64,000 nucleotides of DNA from Synechococcus sp. UW140 (GCA_945872185.1 CAMBZX010000001.1:6101-70100); one strand, 5' to 3'. Shown: positions 40,425 through 50,835, numbered from the stretch's first letter. Notes: generated by a model from the sequence alone, not told the origin. Translations and numbers: made by a program.

Positions 40425-42050
40425 TCAACCCTCCATCCGGCCCCAGGCCGAGCGCAGGCTGTCGTCGTCGCCGAGATTGCCGGGGAAGGTGAGCACCGGC
40501 AGGGCCGCCTGCTCCTCGCCCGGCCGCTCAACGGGCAGATCCGCCAGCACCAGCGACAAGCCCGGCAGCAGCTGGCCCTGCAGCTGCACCGCCGCCAGAT
40601 CGAAGCCATCGGCCAGCAAGGTATGGGTGGTGATGCCCCCCTTGCTGATCACATAACCGAGCTGCGGCGCCAGGGCCGCCGCCAGGCGGGCCTGGCTGGC
40701 CGCCAACACCAGCCCCAGCCGCCGGCGCTCGGCCCCATCCCGGCAGCGGCGTTCACCGCGACTGGTGTACAGCACGGGGGTGCGGCCCGCCGCCAGCTGC
40801 TGGCGCAGCTGCTCCAGCCAGGCACGCTCGAGCGAGGCCAGCAACAGATCGGGTACGGGGCCCTCCAGCAGCCGCTGCACCTGGGCCACGGCCACTTCAA
40901 CGCCACCGCAGCGCTCCTCGGCCAGCAATCGGGCTAACTGGCGATCCGCCAGGGGCACATGGGAGCCCACCAGCACCAGCCCGGGCCAGGCGCCTTCGGC
41001 GTCGCGCCGCCGCAGCGCCGCCAGGGCCGGGCCATCGCGGGGTTGGGGCGGCAGATCGGCCAGGGCGGCGATCAGGCCAGCAGCGCTCTGAAACAGGAAG
41101 CGGCGCGGTGGGCCGGCGCTGGTGGCGGGGTCGTCAGTCGCCGCGTCGTCGGTCACCCGGTCGCCCGTCACCGTGCAGGCCGTGACCAGGCCGACTGTGA
41201 CCGGACTGACTGGGACCGGACCGACAGCGACCGCATCGGCGGGGGCTGGGGTGAGCGCCGTGGGGGCGGCAGTGATGGGGGCGGCGGCCCCGGAGGCAAA
41301 CCCGGAAGCCCTCGGCGTTTCCGCAGCAGCCGGCGCAGACTGCAGAGCGCGCACGGCTGCGGCCAAGGCCCGCAAATGGCGCGGCTCCGTGGCATCCACC
41401 GCCACCACCACCTGGCCCGCAAGGCCCGCCAGCCGCTGGCGCAGAGCCGGCGCCGGGCCCTCCAACTCGGCCAGGGACAGCCGCTGCACCGCCGCTGCCG
41501 CGATCCGGCCGCCACTCTTCTCCGCCACCCAGTCGGGCAGATAGCTGCTGGTGTAGCCGAACAGACCATCGCGGGCAAAGGCGGTCTCGTGCACCGGCTG
41601 ACCCTGCAGGCGATGCACGCCCGCCAGGGTGGTGCGCCCCCCCTCCAGGAAAGCCGGCACCAGGAGCGTGGCCTCGAACGGCCCCAATGCGGCGCTGATC
41701 TCCTCCACCTCCAGGGGGAAATGGCCCCGCAGGGTGGAATCGCCGCGGCTCACCACCAGCCAGCGATCGATCACCCCCTCCGCCTGCGCCGCCGCCAGGG
41801 CTGGCGCCAGGACGCGGCAGATCTCTCGCACCCTCTGGCGGGCCTGATCCGGTGCCAGAGCCCGGGTGTTGGCCAGCAGGAACAGCAGCGGCGAGGGCTG
41901 CCGCAGCGCCAGCGCCAGGCTGGCAGGATCCCAGCGCAACAGCAGCGGGCAGCCATGCACGGCCTGGGAGCCGGTGGGGTCGTCATCGATGACGACGATC
42001 TTCAGGGCCGGTTCAGGGGCGGCCGAGCCCGCGCACTCCACCTGTTGCAT
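40425..42050 (-). CDS. Four-carbon acid sugar kinase family (DUF1537)
   Basis: DDDPTG, RGDSTLRG, PAFLEGGR, KGGIT, PGNLG. Confidence 0.88.
   Translation of the reverse strand: MQQVECAGSAAPEPALKIVVIDDDPTGSQAVHGCPLLLRWDPASLALALRQPSPLLFLLANTRALAPDQARQRVREICRVLAPALAAAQAEGVIDRWLVVSRGDSTLRGHFPLEVEEISAALGPFEATLLVPAFLEGGRTTLAGVHRLQGQPVHETAFARDGLFGYTSSYLPDWVAEKSGGRIAAAAVQRLSLAELEGPAPALRQRLAGLAGQVVVAVDATEPRHLRALAAAVRALQSAPAAAETPRASGFASGAAAPITAAPTALTPAPADAVAVGPVPVSPVTVGLVTACTVTGDRVTDDAATDDPATSAGPPRRFLFQSAAGLIAALADLPPQPRDGPALAALRRRDAEGAWPGLVLVGSHVPLADRQLARLLAEERCGGVEVAVAQVQRLLEGPVPDLLLASLERAWLEQLRQQLAAGRTPVLYTSRGERRCRDGAERRRLGLVLAASQARLAAALAPQLGYVISKGGITTHTLLADGFDLAAVQLQGQLLPGLSLVLADLPVERPGEEQAALPVLTFPGNLGDDDSLRSAWGRMEG
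41121..41240. repeat. Drifting in-frame 15-bp tandem repeat x8
   Basis: ggtggcggggtcgtc|agtcgccgcgtcgtc|ggtcacccggtcgcc|cgtcaccgtgcaggc|cgtgaccaggccgac|tgtgaccggactgac|tgggaccggaccgac|agcgaccgcatcggc. Confidence 0.75.
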
Positions 42051-42064
42051 GGCACCATCGTGCC

Positions 42065-43297
42065 GTGATCTGTCCCGATGCCAACGACCTGCAGGATCTG
42101 GTGCGGGAGCTGCACCAGCAGGGATCCACCTGGGTGCCCTGCGGCCTCGGCAGCCGCCTCGACTGGGGCCCGCCCCTGCAGGACTGCCTGCCGGTGAGTT
42201 GTGGCGGGTTGCGCGGCATCGTTGAACACAAACCCGGCGACTTCACGATCAGCGTGCGGGCCGGCACGCCGTTGCTGGAGGTGCAGGAGGCCCTGGCACC
42301 CCATCGCCAATGGCTGGCGGTGGACCAACCCTGGGGCAGCCAACGACTCGGCTCCGGCAGCGTGGGGGGCCTGGTGGCCCGGGGCCTGGCGGGCGGTTAC
42401 CGCCAGCGCTACCTGGGCATCCGCGACCAGCTGATCGGCCTCTCGCTGCTGCGCGCCGACGGCATCGCCGCCAATGCCGGCGGGCGGGTAGTAAAGAACG
42501 TAGCCGGCTACGACCTGATGCGCCTGTTCTGTGGCAGCTGGGGCTCCCTCGGTCTGATCACCGAACTGAACCTGCGCACCCTGCCGCTGGCGCCGATGCG
42601 CCGCGGCCTGCTGGTGCAGGGAGCGCTGAACGAGCTGGGCGCCCTGAGCCAGTGGCTGCTGGGCTCCCGCCTCAGTCCCGAACGGGTCGACTGGTGGAGT
42701 GCCCCCCTGGCCGCCGCCGCCGGGCTGGAAGCGGCGCCGCTGCTGCTGATCGCCCTGGCCAGCATCTCCACCGAAAGCCTGGCCGAGCAGCAGGCCGCCA
42801 TTGCCGCCCACAGCCGCCTACCCCTGCGGCAACTGGAGGCCGAGGCCCTCGAGAGCCTGCTGGCCTGCGCCCGCGGTGACGAGGCGATGCCGGGCGCTGG
42901 CCGCCATCAAGCTGGCGCCCCCGACGACGACCTGGGGTCTGAACCGGCCTGGCTGCTGCGCCTGGGGGTCAGCCCCGATCAGGTACCCCAGGCCCTGGCC
43001 AGCCCCGAACTGGAGGGCCTGGTGATCGATCTCGCAGCAGGCAGCGGCCTGGGCCTGGCCTGGACCCCGGCAGGCGCAGGCGCCCGCGGGGATCTCCAGC
43101 CTGAAGCCGTGCTGCGGCTGCGCCAGCAATGCCAGCGCCTGGGCGGCTGGCTGACGGTGCTGCACCAGCCCCTGGGCCACGCCGTGCCCGCCTGGGACGA
43201 TGCCCCCTCGCGGCCGCTGATCGAACGGGTGAAGCACCAGTTCGATCCACAGCGGCAGCTGGCACCGGGCCGCCTGCCGGGCGTGGCCAAGCCTTGA
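42065..43297 (+). CDS. glcE: Glycolate oxidase FAD subunit
   Basis: GGRVVKNVAGYDL, GSWGSLG, KHQFDP. Confidence 0.88.
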   Translation: MICPDANDLQDLVRELHQQGSTWVPCGLGSRLDWGPPLQDCLPVSCGGLRGIVEHKPGDFTISVRAGTPLLEVQEALAPHRQWLAVDQPWGSQRLGSGSVGGLVARGLAGGYRQRYLGIRDQLIGLSLLRADGIAANAGGRVVKNVAGYDLMRLFCGSWGSLGLITELNLRTLPLAPMRRGLLVQGALNELGALSQWLLGSRLSPERVDWWSAPLAAAAGLEAAPLLLIALASISTESLAEQQAAIAAHSRLPLRQLEAEALESLLACARGDEAMPGAGRHQAGAPDDDLGSEPAWLLRLGVSPDQVPQALASPELEGLVIDLAAGSGLGLAWTPAGAGARGDLQPEAVLRLRQQCQRLGGWLTVLHQPLGHAVPAWDDAPSRPLIERVKHQFDPQRQLAPGRLPGVAKP

Positions 43298-43440
43298 CCC
43301 CGATGCCAGAACGCTGAACGAAGCCCGCTGGATCGCCTGGCTCAACGCTGCAACCCCAACGCGCCCGCCTGTCCTGAAGCGCGGCAGGGGCATTGCGTGG
43401 CTGCTGAGGTCTCGCGGCGGTCCGCTCAGGCCAGCGGGGC

Positions 43441-44319
43441 TCAGTCCAGCTTGGAGACGTGATACCGGCAGCTCAGTTCCTGGCTCTGGCCGGGTTGCAG
43501 CTCCAGACGACGATCGCCGCTCACCAGGGCACCCCGGGGCCCGGTCCAGGGCTCCAGGCAGACCATCGACCGCGGCGGATCACTCCAGACCACCGCCAGA
43601 TCCCAGGGCGCCATGGTTTCCAGCGTGATGGCGAGCCCGGCCAGGGGATCCGACAGCCGCACCGAGCCGACCGGGCCGGCGAGCAGATCCACCCCCTGCC
43701 CCAGCCGCGCCAGCTGTTCCATGGTGCTGGTCGCCGTCATCGTGTGGTGATCCAGGCAGCGATCGGGCAGGCCTTCCAGTTGGACCGCCGCCGGATCCAC
43801 CACAGCCAGATAGGGATGGAGACCGAAGCTGAACGGCATCGCCCCTGGTGGCTCCTGATCGCCGTCGGCGCTGCGATGGTGGAGGCGCACCAGGATCGCC
43901 AGAGCGCTCGCCTCCAGCCGCAGTTCCAGCTCCAGCCGGAAGGCGAAGGGAAACTGGGACCGGGTCGCGGGGCTGTCCTCCAGCACCAGAGCGATGCCGT
44001 CGCCGGCGGCCAGCTCCTGCAGCTGCCAGGGCAGATCACGGGCAAACCCGTGCTGGGGCAGGTGAAAGGACCCCTGGGGCAGGGTCAGGCGATCGTCGGG
44101 GAGATTGCCGCAGATCGGGAACAGCACCGGGATCCCGCCCCGCACCGATAAGGCCGGATCGGCGAAGCGCTCGGCATCGAGATAGAGCATCTCGCGGCCA
44201 TGACAGCGCCAGCCGCTCACCAGCCCGCCCCGTTCCGGCACGATCCGCAGGCTGTCGCCGCTCAGCGGCTCCTGAAGCAGCCAGTGGGGATAGGGCTCAA
44301 GGCAGTGCTGCAGCGGCAT
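43441..44319 (-). CDS. Aldose 1-epimerase / galactose mutarotase family
   Basis: RGGIPVLFP, QHGFAR, FGLHPY, VCLEPW. Confidence 0.88.
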   Translation of the reverse strand: MPLQHCLEPYPHWLLQEPLSGDSLRIVPERGGLVSGWRCHGREMLYLDAERFADPALSVRGGIPVLFPICGNLPDDRLTLPQGSFHLPQHGFARDLPWQLQELAAGDGIALVLEDSPATRSQFPFAFRLELELRLEASALAILVRLHHRSADGDQEPPGAMPFSFGLHPYLAVVDPAAVQLEGLPDRCLDHHTMTATSTMEQLARLGQGVDLLAGPVGSVRLSDPLAGLAITLETMAPWDLAVVWSDPPRSMVCLEPWTGPRGALVSGDRRLELQPGQSQELSCRYHVSKLD

Positions 44320-44511
44320 GGTCGGGAGCAGGGGCAGGAGCAGACACGACGCCAGAAACGCCCCTGGCGGGCGTTGGGGCAGCAGCGCTGCTGGGCGCCC
44401 CGACCGTAGCCAGGGGCCTGGGCTGGAGCCGGATCCCGGACCCGATGCCGGGCCGGCGCCCTGGAGTGGGTGCGCGCTGTGCGATCCGACCCGGCCAGGG
44501 GCGACACGCTC

Positions 44512-45525
44512 CTAGACCTGAACCGGAGCTGGATCCTGCGGCACAGACTGCGCCTGGGGCCGGGCCGGCTCTGCTGCCGGAACCTGGGCTTGGTCAGTCT
44601 TGCTGGCCGGGGCCGGCTCCTGGGCCGGGCCCAGGGGCAGCTGGGCCAGCCAGTCGAGCAGCGCCCGGTTCACCTGCTCCGGCACCTCATCGTGGGGGCA
44701 GTGGCCTGCCTCCAGCACCACTTCCCTGGTGCCCGACGGCGCATGGCGCTGGAAAGCCGCCCGCCGACCGACCGCATTGATCCAGGGATCGCGGATACCC
44801 CAGAGCAGCAGCAGCGGCGAGCTCAAATCGGCGAACAACTGATCGAGGGGCTGGCCGCTGGGGATATCGAACACCGTGCGGAACACACCGAAGGCGCCGG
44901 GATCGAGCGAAGGGCGGCGGATCGCCTCCACCAGGGCCTCATCGACATTGGTGCGATCGATGTACACCTGATTGAGGGTTTTGCGGATTGTGGCGGGACG
45001 GCGCAGGTTCTCGAACAGCAGCCGCTGCAGCACCGGGCTCTTGAGCAGGGCGGTGCCGATGGTGCGGCGGGCGATGGCGCCCCAGCTGCCGGCGGGGGCC
45101 TGTTGTTCGGCAGCAAAGGGACCCGCCGCATTCAGCAGCACCACCCCCGCCGCCTGCTCACCGAGAGCGGCACCGGCCGCCAGGGCGGCATAACCGCCGA
45201 GGGAATTGCCCACCAGCACCGTGGGACGGCCAATGCGTTCGCTCACGTAGGCCTGCAGCTGATCGCGCCAGAGGGCACCGCCGTAGGCCAGACCCGCCGG
45301 CTTGGCGCTGCGGCCGAAGCCGAGCAGATCCAGGGCATGCACCTCATGCTGTTCCGCCAGCACCGGGATGTTGTAACGCCAGTGATCGGTGGAGGCACCG
45401 AAGCCATGCACCAGCAGAATCGCCGGCCCTACGGGCGCCTGGGGCGTGCGGCAGAGGCTGTGCACCGCGTGGCCCTGAAAGCCCCAGGGTGCCTCCGACA
45501 GGGAAGAGGCGGCGGACAGCGACAC
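44512..45525 (-). CDS. Alpha/beta hydrolase
   Basis: HGFG, GNSLG nucleophile elbow, GHCPHDE. Confidence 0.88.
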   Translation of the reverse strand: MSLSAASSLSEAPWGFQGHAVHSLCRTPQAPVGPAILLVHGFGASTDHWRYNIPVLAEQHEVHALDLLGFGRSAKPAGLAYGGALWRDQLQAYVSERIGRPTVLVGNSLGGYAALAAGAALGEQAAGVVLLNAAGPFAAEQQAPAGSWGAIARRTIGTALLKSPVLQRLLFENLRRPATIRKTLNQVYIDRTNVDEALVEAIRRPSLDPGAFGVFRTVFDIPSGQPLDQLFADLSSPLLLLWGIRDPWINAVGRRAAFQRHAPSGTREVVLEAGHCPHDEVPEQVNRALLDWLAQLPLGPAQEPAPASKTDQAQVPAAEPARPQAQSVPQDPAPVQV

Positions 45526-45602
45526 GCGGTGAGAGCAGGAGCAGCGATGCTAGGAAACTCCTTCCGGTGGCGACAGTTCACCGTGTCCCCCCCCGAGCTG
45601 CC

Positions 45603-45917
45603 ATGCCACCGGAGCTGTCCTATTCCCTCTGGATCTCGCTGCTGCCGGGCATCGCGCTCTGGGCCCTGGCCCTCTATCTACCCCTGAGCGGTCCGATCGC
45701 CCGGTTTGAGGAGAGCCTGGCCGCGGGCCAGCTCGATGCCAACAGCCAGCAACTGCTGCTGGTGCTCGCCAGCCTGGCCCTCGCCCTGGCGGTGGGTGTG
45801 GTGATCGAAATCCTGCTGTGCTGGGCCCTGGGACCAAGTTGGTCCTCCAGTCTGGGGCTGATCGCCGTGCTCTCAGGCCTGTTCTGGGCTGTGGCCAATC
45901 GCCAGAACCAGGACTGA
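45603..45917 (+). CDS. Small conserved membrane protein
   Basis: Three hydrophobic segments; LWALALYLP. Confidence 0.7.
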   Translation: MPPELSYSLWISLLPGIALWALALYLPLSGPIARFEESLAAGQLDANSQQLLLVLASLALALAVGVVIEILLCWALGPSWSSSLGLIAVLSGLFWAVANRQNQD

Positions 45918-46045
45918 GCTGACAGCGCGACCCGTTGCCGCCAGGCCTTCCGGCTGCCGTGGATCCCCTGACGCAGCCATGCCGATTCGCGCCAGAGCCG
46001 TGGATCCAACCTGCATCGGGAATGGGGGCACCACCTCGAGCGCGC

Positions 46046-46654
46046 TCAGCGCCAGTCGAGCCAGGGAATCCTGGGCACGATCGCTGGGGTGCTCCTGCGA
46101 TAGGCGGGATAGTCGGGGTGCTCACGGCAGAGGGCCCGCTCTTCCCGGCGCGCCTTGCCGCCCAGCACCGCCGCCAGGGCCAGCAGCAGGGCCAGATGCA
46201 GCAAGCTGCCCAGCAGCAGGGTCACAGCCAGGGCGCCGATCAGGAGGGCCTGATACAGGGGATGGCGGCAATGGCCGTAGGCCCCTGTCGTCACCAGAGG
46301 CGCCCCCGGCATGGGCTCGGGCAGGGGCGAGAGGCTGGGACCGAGCCGCAGCAGGGCCTGAACCGCCAGAGCCAGGGCCAACAGCAGCAGCGCCCCACCG
46401 CCAACCCGCAGCAAGGGTGACCAGGTCAGGGCCAGGGATGGCGAAAAGGAGAGCGGCGGCGGCAGTGGCGGCAGCAGCAGGGCGACCAACGGCAGCAGCT
46501 GGGCCACCAGCCACCATTCACCGTGGCGGTTGTCGCGCCAACCGGCGGCACTGAAACCCCAGCGGCTCAGCAGAGCGATCAGGCCGCCGCCGCCGCCCCC
46601 GGGATCGGAATCGGAATCGGGATCAGGATCGGAATCAGAGGGGTTGCTCGGCAA
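46046..46654 (-). CDS. Isoprenylcysteine carboxyl methyltransferase (PEMT/ICMT) family
   Basis: LVTTGAYGHCRHPLY, EERAL, YPAY. Confidence 0.85.
   Translation of the reverse strand: MPSNPSDSDPDPDSDSDPGGGGGGLIALLSRWGFSAAGWRDNRHGEWWLVAQLLPLVALLLPPLPPPLSFSPSLALTWSPLLRVGGGALLLLALALAVQALLRLGPSLSPLPEPMPGAPLVTTGAYGHCRHPLYQALLIGALAVTLLLGSLLHLALLLALAAVLGGKARREERALCREHPDYPAYRRSTPAIVPRIPWLDWR
46601..46636. repeat. 6-bp tandem repeat x6 (RGRATC)
   Basis: gggatc ggaatc ggaatc gggatc aggatc ggaatc, encoding DS/DP dipeptides. Confidence 0.8.
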
Positions 46655-47972
46655 CGGTGCCCTCGCCGGAAAGCACCAGTCTGAGCAGAACCGGGGCCAG
46701 GAAGGTGGTGCCGATCACCATCAGCAGGATCGCGGCCTCCAGGGCCGGGGTCAGCAGCTTCGCCTGGGTGCCGAGCCCCAGAAAGATCAGACCCACCTCG
46801 CCGCGTGGCATCATCCCCAGCCCCACCACCAGCCGGTTGGTCGGTTCGCTGCTGGTGTAGGTCCAGCCGGCGGCCACCTTGCCGACAATCGCCACCACCA
46901 GCAGGAACAGGGCCACCACCAGACCTTCGCGATTGGCAGGCTCCAGCGGGTTGAGCACCGAGAGATCCATGCCGGTGCCGATCAACACAAAGAACACGGT
47001 GGCGAACAGGGCCACCAGCGGCTTGACCGTTTCCTGAATCGCCTCGGTGTGCTTGGAGCGGCTGAGGATCAAGCCGGCGGCGAAGGCCCCCAGGGCCGCC
47101 TCCAGGCCGATCGCCTGGGCCAGGAAGCAGCAGAGGGTGAGCACCACGAAGCTGGCCACCACCACCTCGCCGGGGGCCTTGAGATGATCGAGCACCCAGT
47201 CGAACAGCGGTGCGGCAGTGCGGCTGAGGAACAGGGCTGCGGCCACAAAAAAGATCGCCGCCAGCACCAGCTTCACAATCGGACCGACAGTGAGCCCCTC
47301 GCCACCGGCCAAGGCCACCACCACCGCCAGGATGACGATGCCGAGTATGTCATCCAGCACGGCGGCGCCGATCACGATCTGGCCTTCCCGGCGGCGCAAC
47401 CAGCCCAGTTCGCCGAACACACTGGCGGTGATGCCGATGCTGGTGGCAGTCATGGCCGCGCCCGCAAAGATCGCCAGGATCAACGGCACATGGAACAGCA
47501 GCACCAGGCCGGCGCTGCCCAGGGCAAACGGCAGCAGCACACCCGTCACTGCCACCGTGGTGGCTTGCAAGCCCACGGCCATCAGTTCATCGAGTTCACT
47601 TTCAAGGCCGGTCAGAAACAACAGGGCGTACAGGCCCAGCACCGAAATCTGCTCCAGGCCCGGGAAACTCTCGTTGTAGAGCTGCTGCACCGTGTCCGGG
47701 GTGATGGCGGCGAGCGAAGCCACCAGATTGAGCAACAGCGCATTGATCTGGGCCCCGGTTTCGGGCGGCAGCAGGAAATGGAGGCCAGACACCCCGATCA
47801 GCACGCCAGCCAGCAACTCCCCCAGAATCGTGGGCAGGGACAGGCGCACCATCAGCTCCGCCATCAACCTGGCGGCGACGAACAGAACCAGAAATCGCCC
47901 GACCTGGATCAGGGTTTCAGCCACCTCGATCTGGTGGTTACCGATCGCCAGCAACAGGGTGGGCAAAGTCAT
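46635..47972 (-). CDS. Na+/H+ antiporter (CPA2, NhaS3-like)
   Basis: ATSIGIT, AAVLDD, GAFAAG, PRGEVG. Confidence 0.9.
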   Translation of the reverse strand: MTLPTLLLAIGNHQIEVAETLIQVGRFLVLFVAARLMAELMVRLSLPTILGELLAGVLIGVSGLHFLLPPETGAQINALLLNLVASLAAITPDTVQQLYNESFPGLEQISVLGLYALLFLTGLESELDELMAVGLQATTVAVTGVLLPFALGSAGLVLLFHVPLILAIFAGAAMTATSIGITASVFGELGWLRRREGQIVIGAAVLDDILGIVILAVVVALAGGEGLTVGPIVKLVLAAIFFVAAALFLSRTAAPLFDWVLDHLKAPGEVVVASFVVLTLCCFLAQAIGLEAALGAFAAGLILSRSKHTEAIQETVKPLVALFATVFFVLIGTGMDLSVLNPLEPANREGLVVALFLLVVAIVGKVAAGWTYTSSEPTNRLVVGLGMMPRGEVGLIFLGLGTQAKLLTPALEAAILLMVIGTTFLAPVLLRLVLSGEGTVAEQPL

Positions 47973-48122
47973 GAAAACAGGCCTGCTCGGCCGGGGCGAA
48001 GCGACCCTAGGCGGCAGGCCCAGGGTGTTCGGTTGCACATCCCACCCTCGCGACGGGATGGCTTAACCGCATCCATGGCTACGGTCTTGATCAGTGCTTC
48101 GTGTCTGGAGCCCACCCCCGAG

Positions 48123-50642
48123 ATGCCCGAGCACCAACCCATCGATCTGCGCCTGCCCACCCCAGGCTGCTACGCCGACCCCGACCGCAGCGGCCTGACG
48201 GCCGAAGACGTCTTCGATGGGATGACGGAGCATCTCTTCTACACGCTGGGCAAGCTCGCGCCCACCGCCAGCCGCCACGACCTCTACATGGCGCTGAGTT
48301 ACGCCGTGCGCGACCGGCTGATGACCCGCTATCTGGCGGGTGTGGAGGCGATCGGTTCCTCTCCCACCCGGGCGGTGGCCTACCTGTCGGCTGAGTTCCT
48401 GATCGGTCCCCAGCTGGGCAACAACCTGCTGATGCTCGGCATCCGCGACGAAGTGGCCAAAGCCCTGCGGCGCTTCGGCATCAACGACATTGAAGAAATC
48501 CTCGATGTGGAGGAGGAGCCCGGGCTCGGCAATGGCGGCCTCGGGCGACTGGCGGCCTGTTTCCTCGAATCGCTGGCGTCGCTGCAGATCCCAGCCACCG
48601 GCTACGGCATCCGTTACGAGTTCGGCATCTTCGACCAGCTGATCCGCGACGGCTGGCAGGTGGAGATCACCGACAAGTGGCTGAAGGCGGGCTGGCCCTG
48701 GGAGATCCCCCACCCCGACCAGGCCTGTTTCGTCGGCTTTGGCGGCCGCACCGAGAGCTACCGCGATGAGCGCGGCGCCTACCGGGTGCGCTGGATCCCG
48801 GCCGAACATGCCATTGGTGTGCCCCACGATGTGCCGGTGCTGGGCTACCGGGTCAACACCTGCGATCGCCTGCGGCTATGGCGGGCTGATGCCACCGAAA
48901 GCTTTGATTTTTTTGCCTTCAACAGCGGCGATTACTACGGCGCCGTCGAGGAGAAAGTGGGCTCGGAGACCCTCTCCAAGGTGCTCTATCCCAACGATGG
49001 CACCGATGAAGGGCGCAAGCTGCGGCTGAAGCAACAGCACTTCTTTGTGAGCTGCTCGCTGCAGGACATGATCCGCAGCCTCGACATGCGCGGTATCCCG
49101 ATCCGTGATTTCCCCGATCACTGGGCAGTGCAGCTCAACGACACCCACCCGGCGATCGCCGTGGCCGAACTGATGCGGCTGCTGCTCGACGACAAACATC
49201 TCGACTGGGCCGAAGCCTGGGATATCACCAGCCGCTCGCTCTCGTATACCAACCACACCCTGCTGCCGGAGGCCCTGGAGAAGTGGGGCCTGAATCTGTT
49301 CGGCTCGCTGCTGCCGCGGCACCTGGAACTGATTTACGAGATCAACCGTCGTTTCCTGCAGCAGGTGCGGCTCAAGTACCCCGGCAACGACCAGATCCTG
49401 CGCAAGCTGTCGATCATCGACGATGAGGGCACCAAGGCCGTGCGCATGGCGCACCTGGCCACGGTGGCGGCCCACCACGTGAATGGTGTGGCGGCACTGC
49501 ATAGCCACCTGGTGAAGCAGGATCTGTTCCCGGAATTCGCCAGCCTCTGGCCGGAAAAGTTCACCAATGTCACCAATGGCGTCACCCCCAGGCGCTGGGT
49601 GGCCCTGGCCAATCCCCAGCTGTCCAGCCTGCTGAACGAAACCATCGGCGAAGGCTGGGTGAGCGATCTGGATCAGCTCAGGCAGCTGGAACAGCATGCT
49701 GGCGACAGTGCCTTCCTGGAGCGCTGGGGTGCCACCAAGTTGTCGGTGAAATGCCACCTCACCCAGTACATCCATCGCCACACCGGCGTACTGGTGGATC
49801 CGGCCTCGATCTTCGATGTGCAGGTGAAGCGTATCCACGAATACAAGCGCCAGCATCTCAATGCGCTTCAGGTGGTAGCCCGCTATCTGCGCATCAAGAA
49901 TGGCCTGGATGATGGCATGGCGCCGCGCACGGTGATCTTCGGTGGCAAGGCAGCACCGGGCTATTACATGGCCAAACTTATTATTCGTTTCATCAACGGC
50001 ATTGCCGACACGATCAACGCCGATCCCGATATGGAGGGAAAGCTGCGGGTGATCTTCCTGGCGGACTACAACGTGAAGCTGGGAGAGCGGGTGTATCCAG
50101 CTGCCGATCTTTCTGAGCAGATCTCCACCGCTGGCCTCGAAGCCTCCGGCACCGGCAACATGAAGTTCGCCATGAATGGAGCGCTCACCATCGGCACCCT
50201 TGATGGCGCCAATGTGGAAATCCGGGAGCAGGTGGGAGCGGATAACTTCTTCCTGTTCGGCAAAACCACCGACGAGATCAACGTCCTGCGCCAGACCTAT
50301 CGCCCCTGGGAGCTGATCGCCACGGTGCCGGAATTGCCGGAGGTGCTGCGCCTGATTGAGCAGGGTCACTTCAGCAACGGTGACGGCGATCTGTTCCGGC
50401 CCCTGCTGGAAAACCTCACCGGCCGTGATCCCTACTTCGCCCTGGCCGACTTCCAGGCCTATCTGGCCGCCCAAGACGAGGTGGATCGGGTCTGGGCGGA
50501 TCGGGAACGCTGGAACCGCATGTCCCTGCTCAACACCGCCCGCAGCGGCATGTTCTCCTCCGATCGCTCGATCCGCGAGTACGCCGCACGCATCTGGCAG
50601 GCGGAAGCCTTCCCGGTGACGATCACCTGCGAACTCGACTGA
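48123..50642 (+). CDS. glgP: Glycogen phosphorylase
   Basis: GLGNGGLGRL, QLNDTHP, KRIHEYKRQ, EASGTGNMK. Confidence 0.96.
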   Translation: MPEHQPIDLRLPTPGCYADPDRSGLTAEDVFDGMTEHLFYTLGKLAPTASRHDLYMALSYAVRDRLMTRYLAGVEAIGSSPTRAVAYLSAEFLIGPQLGNNLLMLGIRDEVAKALRRFGINDIEEILDVEEEPGLGNGGLGRLAACFLESLASLQIPATGYGIRYEFGIFDQLIRDGWQVEITDKWLKAGWPWEIPHPDQACFVGFGGRTESYRDERGAYRVRWIPAEHAIGVPHDVPVLGYRVNTCDRLRLWRADATESFDFFAFNSGDYYGAVEEKVGSETLSKVLYPNDGTDEGRKLRLKQQHFFVSCSLQDMIRSLDMRGIPIRDFPDHWAVQLNDTHPAIAVAELMRLLLDDKHLDWAEAWDITSRSLSYTNHTLLPEALEKWGLNLFGSLLPRHLELIYEINRRFLQQVRLKYPGNDQILRKLSIIDDEGTKAVRMAHLATVAAHHVNGVAALHSHLVKQDLFPEFASLWPEKFTNVTNGVTPRRWVALANPQLSSLLNETIGEGWVSDLDQLRQLEQHAGDSAFLERWGATKLSVKCHLTQYIHRHTGVLVDPASIFDVQVKRIHEYKRQHLNALQVVARYLRIKNGLDDGMAPRTVIFGGKAAPGYYMAKLIIRFINGIADTINADPDMEGKLRVIFLADYNVKLGERVYPAADLSEQISTAGLEASGTGNMKFAMNGALTIGTLDGANVEIREQVGADNFFLFGKTTDEINVLRQTYRPWELIATVPELPEVLRLIEQGHFSNGDGDLFRPLLENLTGRDPYFALADFQAYLAAQDEVDRVWADRERWNRMSLLNTARSGMFSSDRSIREYAARIWQAEAFPVTITCELD

Positions 50643-50751
50643 GCGCTGCCTCGGGGGGTGGAGCGCTCAGCTCGACACCCCCTGAAGTAGGGCTGGAATC
50701 GGCCATCTGGCGCGCAGGTTGCAGGCCTTTGCTCTCAATAACACGGCTGAA

Positions 50752-50781
50752 GCCATGAGGCTTCAGATGAAGCCCCATGGC
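50752..50781 (-). terminator. Stem-loop between convergent genes
   Basis: GCCATGAGGCTTCA..TGAAGCCCCATGGC; the single mismatch is a G-U pair on the minus strand; no clear U tract. Confidence 0.45.
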
Positions 50782-50835
50782 GCGAGGAGAGCACGGCTCA
50801 GAAAAGCGACGGCTCAGAAGGGAAGGGAGTTGATC

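Noticed and set aside
44320-44511. Short hairpin and loose 6-bp periodicity between the mutarotase and hydrolase genes
   Set aside because: Weak and expected by chance in high-GC DNA; no ncRNA signature recognised.
46530-50642. 1370-aa glgP fusion ORF
   Set aside because: The first ~530 aa are the antisense frame of the antiporter gene; the real glgP starts near 48123.
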